Source: Clostridia bacterium
GTDB lineage: Bacteria > Bacillota > Clostridia > UMGS1883 > UMGS1540
DNA length: 64,000 bases
Reading direction: 5' to 3'
Assembly (NCBI GenBank): GCA_045533905.1
Contig: JAZSIR010000003.1
Location: 64,001 to 128,000, forward strand
The notes under the pieces are model-generated. The model was not told the origin of the DNA and made no database searches. It saw only the letters and a list, made by a program, of their open reading frames with translations. A program made the position numbers and the translations under genes. Positions 30,341-40,197 of the stretch are shown one piece after another (positions within the stretch are counted from its first letter, which is position 1; each line of letters starts with the position of its first letter).

Positions 30341-30631
30341 TTAGCTTTCCATGCCTTCGGTCAGGAGAAAGATAAGAAGACCAAACCAGAGCATTTTTCC
30401 GATAATCTGCCCGTAGCCCATAAGTCCGGAGACGATGCAAAGAAAGAAAACGAGAGCAAGCGTTACCCCGCCGGCGAGGGAAATCCCGCCGGAAGAAGCG
30501 GCGACCGCTTCCTGCTTTTTTACGCGGGCGGTATAGGCACTTTGACGCGCACTGTGCCAGTTTCTCGCAATGTCCTCATAGTAAATCACATTGCCCTGCA
30601 TATCCATTTTCCCGTTATAAATCCGTTCCAT
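30341..30631 (-). CDS. Hypothetical small membrane protein
   Basis: CAGGAGGG RBS; two hydrophobic C-terminal segments. Confidence 0.55.
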   Translation of the reverse strand: MERIYNGKMDMQGNVIYYEDIARNWHSARQSAYTARVKKQEAVAASSGGISLAGGVTLALVFFLCIVSGLMGYGQIIGKMLWFGLLIFLLTEGMES

Positions 30632-30680
30632 ACTGTACCCTCCTGTAAAAAGTGTTTTTCTTACTGGTACCAGTATATAA

Positions 30681-30711
30681 AAAGAGCTGTCCGATAAAAC
30701 GGACAGCTCTT
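30681..30711 (-). terminator. Terminator of the aspS-gatCAB-bfd unit
   Basis: AAGAGCTGTCCG...CGGACAGCTCTT, followed by T-tract on the minus strand. Confidence 0.75.
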
Positions 30712-30728
30712 GGAGTTTTGCGAAGTTT

Positions 30729-30920
30729 TTATGCCATAATTTCCGAAATAGCATCTAAGATTTTATTGTAGCAGCCACCGCAGCCGGTGGAGCAATGGGT
30801 AATTGCCTGTACATCGCGAAACGCATCGAGCACATCGTCAAACTTCTTTGTCTGATCGAGCGCATCTGCGATATCGAAGTAGCTTACCTGTTTGCAGTTA
30901 CAGATGATTCGGTTTTCCAT
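30729..30920 (-). CDS. BFD-like [2Fe-2S] protein
   Basis: IICNCKQV ... CSTGCGGC. Confidence 0.85.
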   Translation of the reverse strand: MENRIICNCKQVSYFDIADALDQTKKFDDVLDAFRDVQAITHCSTGCGGCYNKILDAISEIMA

Positions 30921-30951
30921 TTTCTATTCCTCCTAAGGCAATGGCTATGCC

Positions 30952-32394
30952 TTATAATTTTGCGATATAGTCGAGAAGAATTTTATTCAGAACCTGCGGA
31001 TCGCAATTGCCGCGGAGCTCGCGCATACATTTGCCGAAAATGGACATAATGGCCTTTTCCTTACCGCCCTTGTAATCGGCAACGGCACCGGGATCCGCCG
31101 CTACGGCGGCCTTTACAACCTCTTCAATTTTGCCGGTATCGTTTGAAACGATGAGCCCGTTTGCCTCGGCATAGGCGGCCGGACGGATTTCGGGATCGTC
31201 AAACATCGCAGAAAGGATGCGCTTTGCATTGGCACGGCCGACCTTTTTGTCGTTTACAAGGCGGATAAGCTCGCCGAGCGCCGCCCCGTCAATGCGAAGC
31301 ATATCATATGTCATTTTCTTGGCATTTAAGATGCTCATAATTTCCGAGGTAATCCAGTTGGCAACGTCCTTTGCCGCGATACCGTCAGCGCAGGCGGCTT
31401 CAAAGCATTCGCAGAGCCAGATGCTTCTCGAAAGCTGCTCGGCATCATATTCGCCAAGGCCGTATTCGTTCATATACTTGGCTTTTTTAACCTCGGGGAA
31501 TTCGGGGAGAGAGCTCTTGATTTCGTCAAACCACGCGTCATCAATTACAACGGGCATTACGTTGGGATCGGGGAAGTAGCGATAGTCGCCCGAGGTTTCC
31601 TTTGTGCGCATCGCGTAGCTTTTACCCTTAAGGTCATCCCAGCGTCTCGTCTCCTGCCGGAGCTCTTCCGTGTTATTTTCGAGCGCGTCGATGTGTCTGG
31701 CTGTTTCGTATTCAATGGCACGCTTGATCGCCTCTACGGAGTTCATATTCTTCATCTCGGTGCGAACGCCGAGCACATCGCTCCCTTCGGGGCGGACAGA
31801 GAGGTTTACGTCACAGCGCATCGTGCCGTGCGCCATTTCGCATTCTGCAACCTTTGCATAGCGCAAAAGTGTCTTAAGACGCTCCAGATACGCTTCCACT
31901 TCCTCTGCGCTCGAAAGGTCAGGCTGGCTGACGATTTCAATGAGCGGCACGCTGGTGCGGTTGAAGTCAATGTGCGTAGTGTCCTCGCGAAGGTCGTGGA
32001 CGAGCTTGCCCGCGTCCTCCTCCATATGAATCTGCTTTATGCGGACGTTTTTCTTCCCCGCGGCGGTTTCAATTTCCACGGTGCCGTTTACGGCAACGGG
32101 CTGGAACCACTGTGTCGTCTGATAGGCGGCGGGAAGGTCCGGATAATAGTAGCTCTTTTTGTCAAATGTAGTGGTGCGGTTGATGTGGCAGTTCAGCATC
32201 ATACCGGCTTTCATACCAAAGTCCACCACGCGCCGGTTCACAACCGGAAGCATACCGGGCATACCGGAACAGGCGGGGCAGACGTGCGAGTTTTGCTCGG
32301 CACCGTAGGAGTGCGCAGAACAGGAACAGAAAATTTTGGCGTTGGTCGCAAGCTCTACGTGCACTTCAAGACCAATGACGGTTTCATATTTCAT
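30952..32394 (-). CDS. gatB: Asp/Glu-tRNA amidotransferase subunit B
   Basis: IGLEVHVEL, YPDLP, MEEDAGK, MRCDVN, EMKNMNS, QETR, DYRYFPDP. Confidence 0.95.
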   Translation of the reverse strand: MKYETVIGLEVHVELATNAKIFCSCSAHSYGAEQNSHVCPACSGMPGMLPVVNRRVVDFGMKAGMMLNCHINRTTTFDKKSYYYPDLPAAYQTTQWFQPVAVNGTVEIETAAGKKNVRIKQIHMEEDAGKLVHDLREDTTHIDFNRTSVPLIEIVSQPDLSSAEEVEAYLERLKTLLRYAKVAECEMAHGTMRCDVNLSVRPEGSDVLGVRTEMKNMNSVEAIKRAIEYETARHIDALENNTEELRQETRRWDDLKGKSYAMRTKETSGDYRYFPDPNVMPVVIDDAWFDEIKSSLPEFPEVKKAKYMNEYGLGEYDAEQLSRSIWLCECFEAACADGIAAKDVANWITSEIMSILNAKKMTYDMLRIDGAALGELIRLVNDKKVGRANAKRILSAMFDDPEIRPAAYAEANGLIVSNDTGKIEEVVKAAVAADPGAVADYKGGKEKAIMSIFGKCMRELRGNCDPQVLNKILLDYIAKL

Positions 32395-32395
32395 A

Positions 32396-33595
32396 TTACT
32401 TGCCCTCCCCACTGAGTATTCTGGCCGCATCTAAAAGCGCGTGCTCGGAAAAGGCCTTTCCGATAAGCTGCACGCCGCCGGCAACTGCGGCGGGAAGCCC
32501 CGTGATGCTGGCCGGTGCGGTGTAGAAGTTTTCTTCAAATGCGATGTGCTTATTTGTAAGCAGCTCTTGTGTGTATGCCATCGAAGAGGTGGCAGGCAGA
32601 AGCACGGCATCTGTTTCCGTAAAGAGAGTTTCAAAGGCTTCGAGAATCACTCTTCGCATACGGAGGCATTTATCATATATGGGCATATAGTTTTTCGTCG
32701 AAAGTGTTTCCGAACCGAAAAGGATGGCCATTTTGAGAAGCGCACCGAAGGCTTCCGTGCGGCTGTTTGTGTAAAGCTCGTCAATTCCCGAGAATTTCTC
32801 GGCGCGGTGGCCGTATTTTACGCCGTCATACCGCGAAACGTTGTTGCAAAGCTCTGCGCTCATTAAAACGTTCCAGGCGGCACGCGCGGCGGCAATCGCT
32901 TCATTTTCTGAGGAGACAACTTCGATGCCGGCAGCCTCGAGCTTTTTCACGGCCGCATCCAGATTTTCGCGGACAGCGGCATCGATGCCCTCAGTCATTG
33001 AGGTCAGCACGGTCACGCGGCGAAGGGGTGTATGCGCCGCATCTGCGCGGAGATTTGTGCAAAGCGCATCAGAAAGGCTGGTGCCGTCCTTATCGTCGTG
33101 CCCTGCAATATGGCCAAGAATTTCGCGGCAGATTTCAGCCGATGCAGAAAGTACGCTGACCGTCTCGCCCGAGCAGGCCACGGGAATCGTGCCGTAGCGG
33201 GAAACCGTGCCGTAGGTGGGTTTTAGACTTACAAGTCCGTTTTGCGCCGCAGCACGGCGCACGGCGCCGTTTACGTCAAGACAAATGGCGGCTGTCGCTT
33301 CGCCACTCTTTATAATTTCTGCCGAGGCATTCCGGAGCGTTCCGTCTTCAAAAAGGGCGCCGTCTGCGGCGGTTTCGCCAAGTAAATCGATGGCAAATTC
33401 CCCGACGGCGGCTTTCCCGCAAACTGCATATCCTGCATTTTTGAGGCGGGTGAGCACTTCCGCTTCCAGAAGGCTCATAAAGCCGCGGAGCATATTCGAG
33501 CCTGCGGCGGTGGGCATATCCGTGGTGAGAAGCATATCCTCAGCCACGATTCTTTTCTCGGCGGTGATATCTTTTTTAACTGTATAGGCTTTCAT
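32396..33595 (-). CDS. gatA: GatA-like amidase-signature protein, degenerate (catalytic triad substituted)
   Basis: Retains LKPTYGTVSRYG, SRYDGVKYG, SRTEAFG and ASITGLP; lacks IKD, GGSSGGS and DTGGS. Confidence 0.85.
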   Translation of the reverse strand: MKAYTVKKDITAEKRIVAEDMLLTTDMPTAAGSNMLRGFMSLLEAEVLTRLKNAGYAVCGKAAVGEFAIDLLGETAADGALFEDGTLRNASAEIIKSGEATAAICLDVNGAVRRAAAQNGLVSLKPTYGTVSRYGTIPVACSGETVSVLSASAEICREILGHIAGHDDKDGTSLSDALCTNLRADAAHTPLRRVTVLTSMTEGIDAAVRENLDAAVKKLEAAGIEVVSSENEAIAAARAAWNVLMSAELCNNVSRYDGVKYGHRAEKFSGIDELYTNSRTEAFGALLKMAILFGSETLSTKNYMPIYDKCLRMRRVILEAFETLFTETDAVLLPATSSMAYTQELLTNKHIAFEENFYTAPASITGLPAAVAGGVQLIGKAFSEHALLDAARILSGEGK

Positions 33596-33609
33596 TGCAT
33601 ATCCTCCCA

Positions 33610-33891
33610 TCATTCCAGAACCTTCGGGACGCACCAGTACCCTTCGTCCGTCTCGGGCGCGCCTTCCTGCAGCGCTTCCCGCGAGAAGAGCTGGCGGCTT
33701 TCGTCCTCGCGCACGACTGTCATAATCGGCATGACATGCACCATTCTTTCCACGTCCGAAACATCGAACTTGTCAAGGCCGCCGAGGTCTTTTATCCTCT
33801 TTTCGAAGAAAGCAATGAATTCTTCCTTCTGCGCCTCTGTAAGCTCTATATGATTCAGCATTTCCAGTAATCTGAGAATTTCTCTGTCCAT
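33610..33891 (-). CDS. gatC: Asp/Glu-tRNA amidotransferase subunit C
   Basis: 93 aa, VVRED..APETDEGYWCVPKV, operon position. Confidence 0.9.
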   Translation of the reverse strand: MDREILRLLEMLNHIELTEAQKEEFIAFFEKRIKDLGGLDKFDVSDVERMVHVMPIMTVVREDESRQLFSREALQEGAPETDEGYWCVPKVLE

Positions 33892-33918
33892 ACTTATATC
33901 TCCTTTACTTTGAAGAGA

Positions 33919-35694
33919 CTAGTCTCTTACCCGGATGTGTACCTCACGGAGCTGCTGCTCGGTAACTTCGCCGGGCGCACCCATCATAAGGTCCTGCGCA
34001 TTGCCGTTTAAGGGGAAGGCGATAACGTCGCGAATTGTATCTTCCTCCGCCAGAAGCATCACCATTCTGTCCACACCCGGTGCCATACCTGCGTGCGGCG
34101 GTGCGCCGTACGAGAAGGCGGTGTAAAGGGCGCCGAACTTCGCTTTTACATCCTCTTCGCCGTAGCCCGCAATTTCAAACGCCTTCTTCATAATTTCGGG
34201 GTTATGGTTTCTGACAGCGCCGGAGGAAAGCTCTACGCCGTTGCATACGATATCATACTGGTATGCAAAAATTTCAAGCGGATCCTTCGTAAGAAGTGCT
34301 TCAAGGCCGCCCTGCGGCATAGAGAAGGGGTTATGGGTAAAGTCAATTTTGTTCGTGTCGGGATTGAGTTCATACATCGGGAAGTCCACGATAAAGCAGA
34401 ATTCAAAGGCATCGTTTCGGACAAGGCCGAGCTCCGTGCCGATCCAGGTGCGCATTTCGCCTGCAAGGCGGTTGATGACGGAGGCTGCATCGCTGATAAA
34501 GAAGAGCGAATCGCCGTCCGAAATGCCGCAAAGCTCGCAAAGCTCTGCCTTCTGTTCTTCGGTGAGGAACTTCGCGATCGGGCCCTTGAATTCCCCGTCC
34601 TCGAGTGTGATGTAGCCGCAGCCGAACTTCATACCGATGCTTCTCGAATAGGCATCTATGGCCTTTTCAAATGCCTTCTTGCCGTCGCCGTCGCCATCCT
34701 TCTTTACGAGATAGTTGGCAACAATACCGCGGACAAGCTTGTTCTTGAAGGGCACGGTTCTGCCGTTGATATCTAAAAATTCGTGTTTGGCAAAGAAATC
34801 GGTAAGGTCCTTGATTTCGAGGGGGTTACGGAGATCCGGCTTATCCGTGCCGTACTTCAGCATAGCGTCTGCAAAGGTAATTCTTCTGAAAGGCGGCTTG
34901 GAAACCTTTTTGTCCGTAAACTGCATAAAGGTGTTGTAAATAACCGTTTCCGCAACCTCAAATACATCCTCCTGTGTAGCGAAGGACATTTCAAAGTCCA
35001 GCTGATAGAATTCGCCGGGGGAACGGTCCTGCCGTGCATCTTCATCACGGAAGCAAGGCGCAATCTGGAAGTAGCGGTCAAAGCCCGATGCCATCAGAAG
35101 CTGCTTGAACTGCTGCGGTGCCTGGGGCAGGGCATAGAATTTGCCCTTGTGCTTGCGGCTGGGTACAAGATAGTCGCGTGCGCCTTCCGGCGAGGAAGCG
35201 GTGAGAATCGGCGTCTGCATTTCCAGAAAGCCGAGGGCTTCCATCTGTGCGCGGAGGTAGCTGATTACCTTGGAGCGCAGCACGATATTGTCGTGAATTT
35301 TTCTGTTACGAAGGTCAAGGAAGCGGTACTTAAGGCGGACCTCTTCGCGCGTCTGCGTGGAGGCATCAATGTCAAACGGGAGGCTTAAAAGGCAGGGGCC
35401 GAGCACCTCGATTTTTTCCGTCTTTACTTCAATCATACCGGTTGCGATTTTAGGGTTTACCGTCTCCGCATCGCGCTCGGCAACAACGCCTTCCACAAGC
35501 ACAACCGTTTCCTTCGAAATGCCGTTTATCATCGAGTCATCCAAAAAAACGATCTGTACAACGCCGTAATGGTCACGAATGTCGGCAAACAGAACGCCGC
35601 CGTGGTCGCGGATAGTTTCAATCCAGCCGGTAATGGTCACCTTCTGACCGATGTGTTCCTTCGAAAGCTCGTTACAAGTGTGTGTTCTAAGCAT
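33919..35694 (-). CDS. aspS: Aspartyl-tRNA synthetase, probably non-discriminating (Asp/Asn)
   Basis: RTHTC, RDHGG (His typical of ND enzymes), GARDY, ALPQAPQQFKQ, CFRDED, GVDR; cotranscribed with gatCAB. Confidence 0.95.
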   Translation of the reverse strand: MLRTHTCNELSKEHIGQKVTITGWIETIRDHGGVLFADIRDHYGVVQIVFLDDSMINGISKETVVLVEGVVAERDAETVNPKIATGMIEVKTEKIEVLGPCLLSLPFDIDASTQTREEVRLKYRFLDLRNRKIHDNIVLRSKVISYLRAQMEALGFLEMQTPILTASSPEGARDYLVPSRKHKGKFYALPQAPQQFKQLLMASGFDRYFQIAPCFRDEDARQDRSPGEFYQLDFEMSFATQEDVFEVAETVIYNTFMQFTDKKVSKPPFRRITFADAMLKYGTDKPDLRNPLEIKDLTDFFAKHEFLDINGRTVPFKNKLVRGIVANYLVKKDGDGDGKKAFEKAIDAYSRSIGMKFGCGYITLEDGEFKGPIAKFLTEEQKAELCELCGISDGDSLFFISDAASVINRLAGEMRTWIGTELGLVRNDAFEFCFIVDFPMYELNPDTNKIDFTHNPFSMPQGGLEALLTKDPLEIFAYQYDIVCNGVELSSGAVRNHNPEIMKKAFEIAGYGEEDVKAKFGALYTAFSYGAPPHAGMAPGVDRMVMLLAEEDTIRDVIAFPLNGNAQDLMMGAPGEVTEQQLREVHIRVRD

Positions 35695-35756
35695 AGTGTG
35701 ATCCTCCTTATATGGTAAAATACTCTGAAAACAAAACGGATTTTCGGGGGATGCGG

Positions 35757-36003
35757 AAAAATAAAAAGTCTCCCGTCCCTCAGTATGGGACGAAAGACCT
35801 GTCTTCCGCGATACCACCCAAATTGATCTATAAAAAGATCCTCTTCATTCAGTCTTTACGCGACCAACGTGCGGTTCTAATCACCCCGGGGGGCTTTCTT
35901 CCGCAGGCTCCGAAGTGTTTTTCCTGCACCCCTCATTACCGTCTTACAGCAACCGACGGCTCTCTGAGAATGAAAAAGTGCAGTACTCTCTCCATCAACG
36001 CCA
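35757..36003 (-). ncRNA. T-box riboswitch with Asn (AAC) specifier
   Basis: Stem I AGTA/GAA loop E, AGAGA and GCTG motifs, specifier AAC at 35917-35919, T-box AATTTGGGTGGTATCGCG at 35807-35824, terminator 35763-35798. Confidence 0.9.
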
Positions 36004-36019
36004 CATTAATAATGTAAAA

Positions 36020-36048
36020 AGTATATCATATCTTCCCGAAAATGTCAA
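36020..36048 (-). promoter_or_regulatory. sigmaA promoter for T-box/aspS
   Basis: TTGACA-17-TATACT. Confidence 0.8.
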
Positions 36049-36082
36049 CTATTTTTGCCGTTCTTTTTGACTTTTCGGGAAA

Positions 36083-37168
36083 TTACGGCCGGTATACAAA
36101 TTCGTGATTGATGCCCGACTCAAGGAATGACAGTAACGCTTCCCCGCTTTTTCCGAGTGAGAGCCCTAAAATCACCTTCGTATAGGCGAGGGGGAGCGTG
36201 GTACCCCAAAAGGCGCGGGCGCCAAAGTCCAGCGCGTTTTTCGTGGTGCCGTAGCGGCAGCTTTCCGCGCTGCACGGCGCGAGAATTACGGGAATACCGA
36301 GCGGCATACAGCGCGTAAGAAGCGAAAGGATGGAATACGGTCTGTCTGCCTCGGCCACTTCCGAAAGGGAGAGCACACGGTCCTTCGTTTTTTCGGGCGC
36401 CGCCGCGCGGCCGATGCAAACACTTTCCGCGTGGTATGTGCCGTGCACGATTGCCCGCACGTTTTCGAGCGAAACGGCATCATAGAAAAGATTTGTATAC
36501 GGCTGCAAAAGCAGCACACCCTCCGCCAAAGCATTGATATGGCGAAGGAGAAAGCCGTCCGTTTCAAAGGCGCGGCCGGAAAGCTTTGCATTTTTTTCAT
36601 CCGGCACCGGCATCGCATCCGCACTTTCGAATTCATCGCTGTAATTCGGGCACGGGAGAAGGTGCGCCCCAAAGTGCACGAGAAGCTTTTCCGCATTTTT
36701 GTAGACGGCATACACATTGGGCGCGATGCCGTTTACGATAAGCTCCACCGCCGCGCGGAAATTGGTAAATCCGTTTGTGCGCGGGTCGGTAAGAGGAAAG
36801 GCAGCCGAAACGAGGCATACGGGAATTTTATAGCCTGCCAGAAGAAGTGACAGGAGGGAAGATGTGTAGGCGAGCGTATCGGTACCGTGCAAAACGATTA
36901 CGCCATCATATTTTTCCTGCACCGATTCGTCTCGGAATATGTCGAGAAGGGCATCCCAGGACCCGACCGTCATATTCTCGCTCAGAATATCCTGCGGCAG
37001 GAAGACGTTTTCAAATACAACATCGGCACAAAAAGGCGAGTCGGACTTTCTGAAATCCGCTTCGAGTAAACTGCCCATTTCCTTCGCGTGGGACTGATTT
37101 TTCCCGCAGTCCGGAGAAAGGGAGGCGCAAATGGTGCCGCCCGTAAAAAGTAATAAAATTTTATGCAT
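36083..37168 (-). CDS. Divergent L-asparaginase/glutaminase-family protein
   Basis: LLFTGGTI and VLHGTDTLAY motifs. Confidence 0.8.
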   Translation of the reverse strand: MHKILLLFTGGTICASLSPDCGKNQSHAKEMGSLLEADFRKSDSPFCADVVFENVFLPQDILSENMTVGSWDALLDIFRDESVQEKYDGVIVLHGTDTLAYTSSLLSLLLAGYKIPVCLVSAAFPLTDPRTNGFTNFRAAVELIVNGIAPNVYAVYKNAEKLLVHFGAHLLPCPNYSDEFESADAMPVPDEKNAKLSGRAFETDGFLLRHINALAEGVLLLQPYTNLFYDAVSLENVRAIVHGTYHAESVCIGRAAAPEKTKDRVLSLSEVAEADRPYSILSLLTRCMPLGIPVILAPCSAESCRYGTTKNALDFGARAFWGTTLPLAYTKVILGLSLGKSGEALLSFLESGINHEFVYRP

Positions 37169-37178
37169 CCGGAGCCTC

Positions 37179-37519
37179 CTATATGCTCAGAAATAAAACG
37201 GCCACAAGACCGGAGAGAAGCCACATCGAAACGAGAATTAAGAGAATTCCGACAAGCTGCCGGAGTGAGAAGGGTTCATCCCAGAAAAGAAAGCCGGAAA
37301 TGGCGGGCAGACTAAAACGGCGCAGAGCACCGTCGATACCGAAGGCAGGGAAGAAAGCCCGACAAACACGGCCGAGATAAGCGCTGCCCCGTAGCATACG
37401 GCATTGCATGCAAAGATGCCCCGCGTATCGGGGTTTTCCGCTTTTGCATAGTGGTTATAAAAAGCGCTTTCTAGAACAGTCAACAGAATAGAGACGGCTA
37501 AAAGCACATACTGTGTCAT
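37179..37519 (-). pseudogene. Truncated, frameshifted EamA/DMT transporter remnant
   Basis: N-terminal TM segments in one frame; LPAISGFLFWDEPFSLRQLVGILLIL (EamA repeat end) in another; much shorter than a full DMT. Confidence 0.6.
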
Positions 37520-37651
37520 TTGTCATTCCTCTTTCGTATTCTGCACAAAATTCCAAAAGTCATTCTATCATACACCGCAAAAAAATGCAAATACTTTCAA
37601 ATTTTTATGCACATAAAAAGAGCCGACCCAAAGGCCGACTCTTTTCTGTTT

Positions 37652-38041
37652 TCAGTTATCCTTTTCGAATGCCAGCACTTCGCCCGTTTCGGCGTGGATT
37701 TCGTATTCGTATTCCCAAATGCCTTCGCGAAACTGCACGTTATAGTGGAGAATACGGTCGTCCGCATCCAGCTCTGCGAAAAGCCCCGTCACCTGATTTT
37801 CGGAAAGGCCGGCGTGCCGGAGGGCAATAGTCTGCGCTTCCGCAGAGGCAATCCGGGTATCCGGGAGAAGGGCATCGGGAATAAGAGCATCCTTCGCCGC
37901 ATTTTCGGCATTTTCCAGTTTTTGCTCCACGGCATTTTCTGCTTCCTGCAGTTTCTGCGCGGTTTTCTGTAAAGAACAACCGGCCGGAAGGGAAAATAGG
38001 GAAACTAAAAGCAAAAGAGAAAGATATTTTTTAGCTTTCAT
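37652..38041 (-). CDS. PepSY-domain lipoprotein
   Basis: Lipobox LPAGC; AEAQTIALRHAG..EYEYEIHAETGEV. Confidence 0.85.
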   Translation of the reverse strand: MKAKKYLSLLLLVSLFSLPAGCSLQKTAQKLQEAENAVEQKLENAENAAKDALIPDALLPDTRIASAEAQTIALRHAGLSENQVTGLFAELDADDRILHYNVQFREGIWEYEYEIHAETGEVLAFEKDN

Positions 38042-38070
38042 AGCGCGTCTCCTTTCTGTATCCGAATTTA

Positions 38071-38102
38071 CAAAAACAGGTGGGGCCTCCCCACCTGTTT
38101 TG
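38071..38102 (-). terminator. Terminator after rubrerythrin
   Basis: AAAACAGGTGGGG-CCT-CCCCACCTGTTTT. Confidence 0.8.
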
Positions 38103-38112
38103 TCTTTTGTTC

Positions 38113-38655
38113 TTAGCCGAAGTATCTCTTTAAAAGACCTTCAAATGCTTTGCCGTGGCGAGCTTCGTCTCTTGCCATTTCGTGTACCGTGTCGTGAATG
38201 GCATCGAGGTTCAGTTCCTTTGCGCGCTTTGCAAGCTCGAACTTGCCGGCGGTGGCGCCGTTTTCAGCGTCTACACGCATTTCGAGGTTCTTCTTTGTGC
38301 TGTCGGTTACAACTTCACCTAAAAGCTCTGCAAACTTTGCAGCGTGTTCGGCTTCTTCGTAAGCTGCCTTTTCCCAGTAGAGGCCGATTTCCGGATAGCC
38401 TTCGCGGTGGGCAACGCGTGCCATAGCGAGGTACATACCAACTTCGGTGCATTCGCCTGTGAAGTTCATGCGAAGACCTTCAATGATTTCGGGATCCACA
38501 CCACGTGCTACGCCGACTACGTGTTCAGCGGCCCATGTTTTTTCGCCGCCCTGTTCCTGGAACTTTTCTGCCGGAGCCTTGCACTGGGGGCAAGCTGCCG
38601 GTGCCTCAGCACCTTCGTGTACATAACCGCAGATAGAGCAAACAAATTTTTTCAT
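38113..38655 (-). CDS. rbr: Reverse rubrerythrin (NADH peroxidase)
   Basis: N-terminal CSICGY..CPQC; [19 protein letters not shown]. Confidence 0.93.
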   Translation of the reverse strand: MKKFVCSICGYVHEGAEAPAACPQCKAPAEKFQEQGGEKTWAAEHVVGVARGVDPEIIEGLRMNFTGECTEVGMYLAMARVAHREGYPEIGLYWEKAAYEEAEHAAKFAELLGEVVTDSTKKNLEMRVDAENGATAGKFELAKRAKELNLDAIHDTVHEMARDEARHGKAFEGLLKRYFG

Positions 38656-38682
38656 ATTCAAATACCTCCAAAAAATATTTTT

Positions 38683-39066
38683 TTATAAACTTCCCGTACA
38701 GGACGGGCATTTACCATAGAATAAAAGAGAGTGACTCTGGATTTCGCATCCACCTGTTTTTTCCGCTTCGCGATTGAGCGTTTCCTCATAGGCCATCGGA
38801 AGGTCTACCACCGAGCCGCAGCCTCTGCACAGAAGATGATAATGCGGGGCGGCGCAGCCGTCAAACCTGTCGGCACTCTGGCCGGTATCAAGCCGGAGGA
38901 TGATGCCTTCGTCTGCAAGAAGCGAAAGATTCCGGTACACCGTGCCGAGGCTTATGTTCGGCATTCTCTCGCGCATTTTGGAAAATACCCAATCGGCGTC
39001 CGGGTGGCAGGTTGTGCTTCGCAGAACCTCTAAAAGGAGCTCGCGTTGCCGGCTTCTTTTTTGCAT
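38683..39066 (-). CDS. perR: Fur/PerR family regulator
   Basis: HPDA, SLGTVYRNL, HYHLLCRGC, CPSC; upstream of reverse rubrerythrin. Confidence 0.85.
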   Translation of the reverse strand: MQKRSRQRELLLEVLRSTTCHPDADWVFSKMRERMPNISLGTVYRNLSLLADEGIILRLDTGQSADRFDGCAAPHYHLLCRGCGSVVDLPMAYEETLNREAEKTGGCEIQSHSLLFYGKCPSCTGSL

Positions 39067-39085
39067 CTGACCACCTCCAAGATGA

Positions 39086-39137
39086 AAATGATAACTATTA
39101 CTGTTTTTAGTATACAATACGAAAATCGCTTTGTCAA
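39086..39137 (-). promoter_or_regulatory. sigmaA promoter (TTGACA-17-TATACT) with a Per/Fur-box-like site just downstream
   Basis: AAATGATAACTATTACTG at 39086-39103 resembles TGATAATnATTATCA. Confidence 0.65.
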
Positions 39138-39305
39138 GTATTTTTTTGAAAATTTTTCAAAAAATTTTTTGCAGGCGTTTTTCGAACATATTGACAGGAT
39201 GGGGGAGAAAATGGTATACTATAAAATCGGGAAGGGACGGTACATATATATGCGGTATATCCGCGCGGTACGCGCCCGCTATTGTTAAAGGAAGAGGTTT
39301 TTCCT

Positions 39306-40193
39306 ATGCACAGCAAAAAGCTTCGGGCAAATCTGTTTCTTCTCCTTGCGGCCTTTATATGGGGTATGGCCTTTGTGGCACAGAGCAAGGGGATGGAAAG
39401 CTGCGGCCCGTTTCTCTTTAACGGGGTGCGGAGTATTCTCGGCGCACTCGTGCTTCTGCCGCTTATCGCGGTACTGGATAAAAAAGAAAAGAAAGAAAAA
39501 GGAAATACAAGCTGGCCCATTTTCGGCGGTATTTCCTGCGGAGTTGTCCTCTTTTTAGCCTCCTCGTTCCAGCAGATGGGGCTCCTCGAAACAGGCCCCG
39601 GAAAGGCCGGCTTTATCACGGCGCTTTATGTGGTGCTTGTCCCCGTGTTCAGTCTTTTCCTCGGAAAGAAGATGACGGCGGTGACCTGGATAAGCGTGGC
39701 CATCGCCCTTTTCGGGATGTATCTTCTTTGTATGAACGGGGAATTGCTTACCCTCGCGAAAAGCGACCTTCTGGTTCTCCTTTGTGCGGTGCTTTTTACG
39801 GGGCATATTATGGTTATTGACCATTTTGCGCCGCATGTGGACTGCGTGCGTATGGCAAGCCTTCAGTTTTTCGTAAGCGGGATTCTTTCGCTTCTGGCAG
39901 CCCTATGTACAGAAGACATTCAAATTACATATATTCTGGACGCGGCGCTTCCGATTGCCTATACGGGCATTCTGTCAAGCGGTGTGGCGTATACCCTGCA
40001 GGTCGTGGCGCAAAAGGATACCGATCCTGCCTCCGCAGCGCTCATCTGCAGTCTGGAATCGGTGTTTGCACTTCTCGGCGGCGTGGTGCTTATGGGCGAG
40101 GTGTTTTCCGGCAGAGAGCTTTGGGGCTGCCTTTTAACCTTTGGTGCCATAATGCTTTCGCAGTTGCCTGAATTTAAGAAAAGAAAGGTTTGA
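39306..40193 (+). CDS. EamA/DMT family transporter
   Basis: IWGMAFVAQ, AGFITALYVVLVP, SLESVFA; about 10 TM segments. Confidence 0.9.
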   Translation: MHSKKLRANLFLLLAAFIWGMAFVAQSKGMESCGPFLFNGVRSILGALVLLPLIAVLDKKEKKEKGNTSWPIFGGISCGVVLFLASSFQQMGLLETGPGKAGFITALYVVLVPVFSLFLGKKMTAVTWISVAIALFGMYLLCMNGELLTLAKSDLLVLLCAVLFTGHIMVIDHFAPHVDCVRMASLQFFVSGILSLLAALCTEDIQITYILDAALPIAYTGILSSGVAYTLQVVAQKDTDPASAALICSLESVFALLGGVVLMGEVFSGRELWGCLLTFGAIMLSQLPEFKKRKV

Positions 40194-40197
40194 TAGG

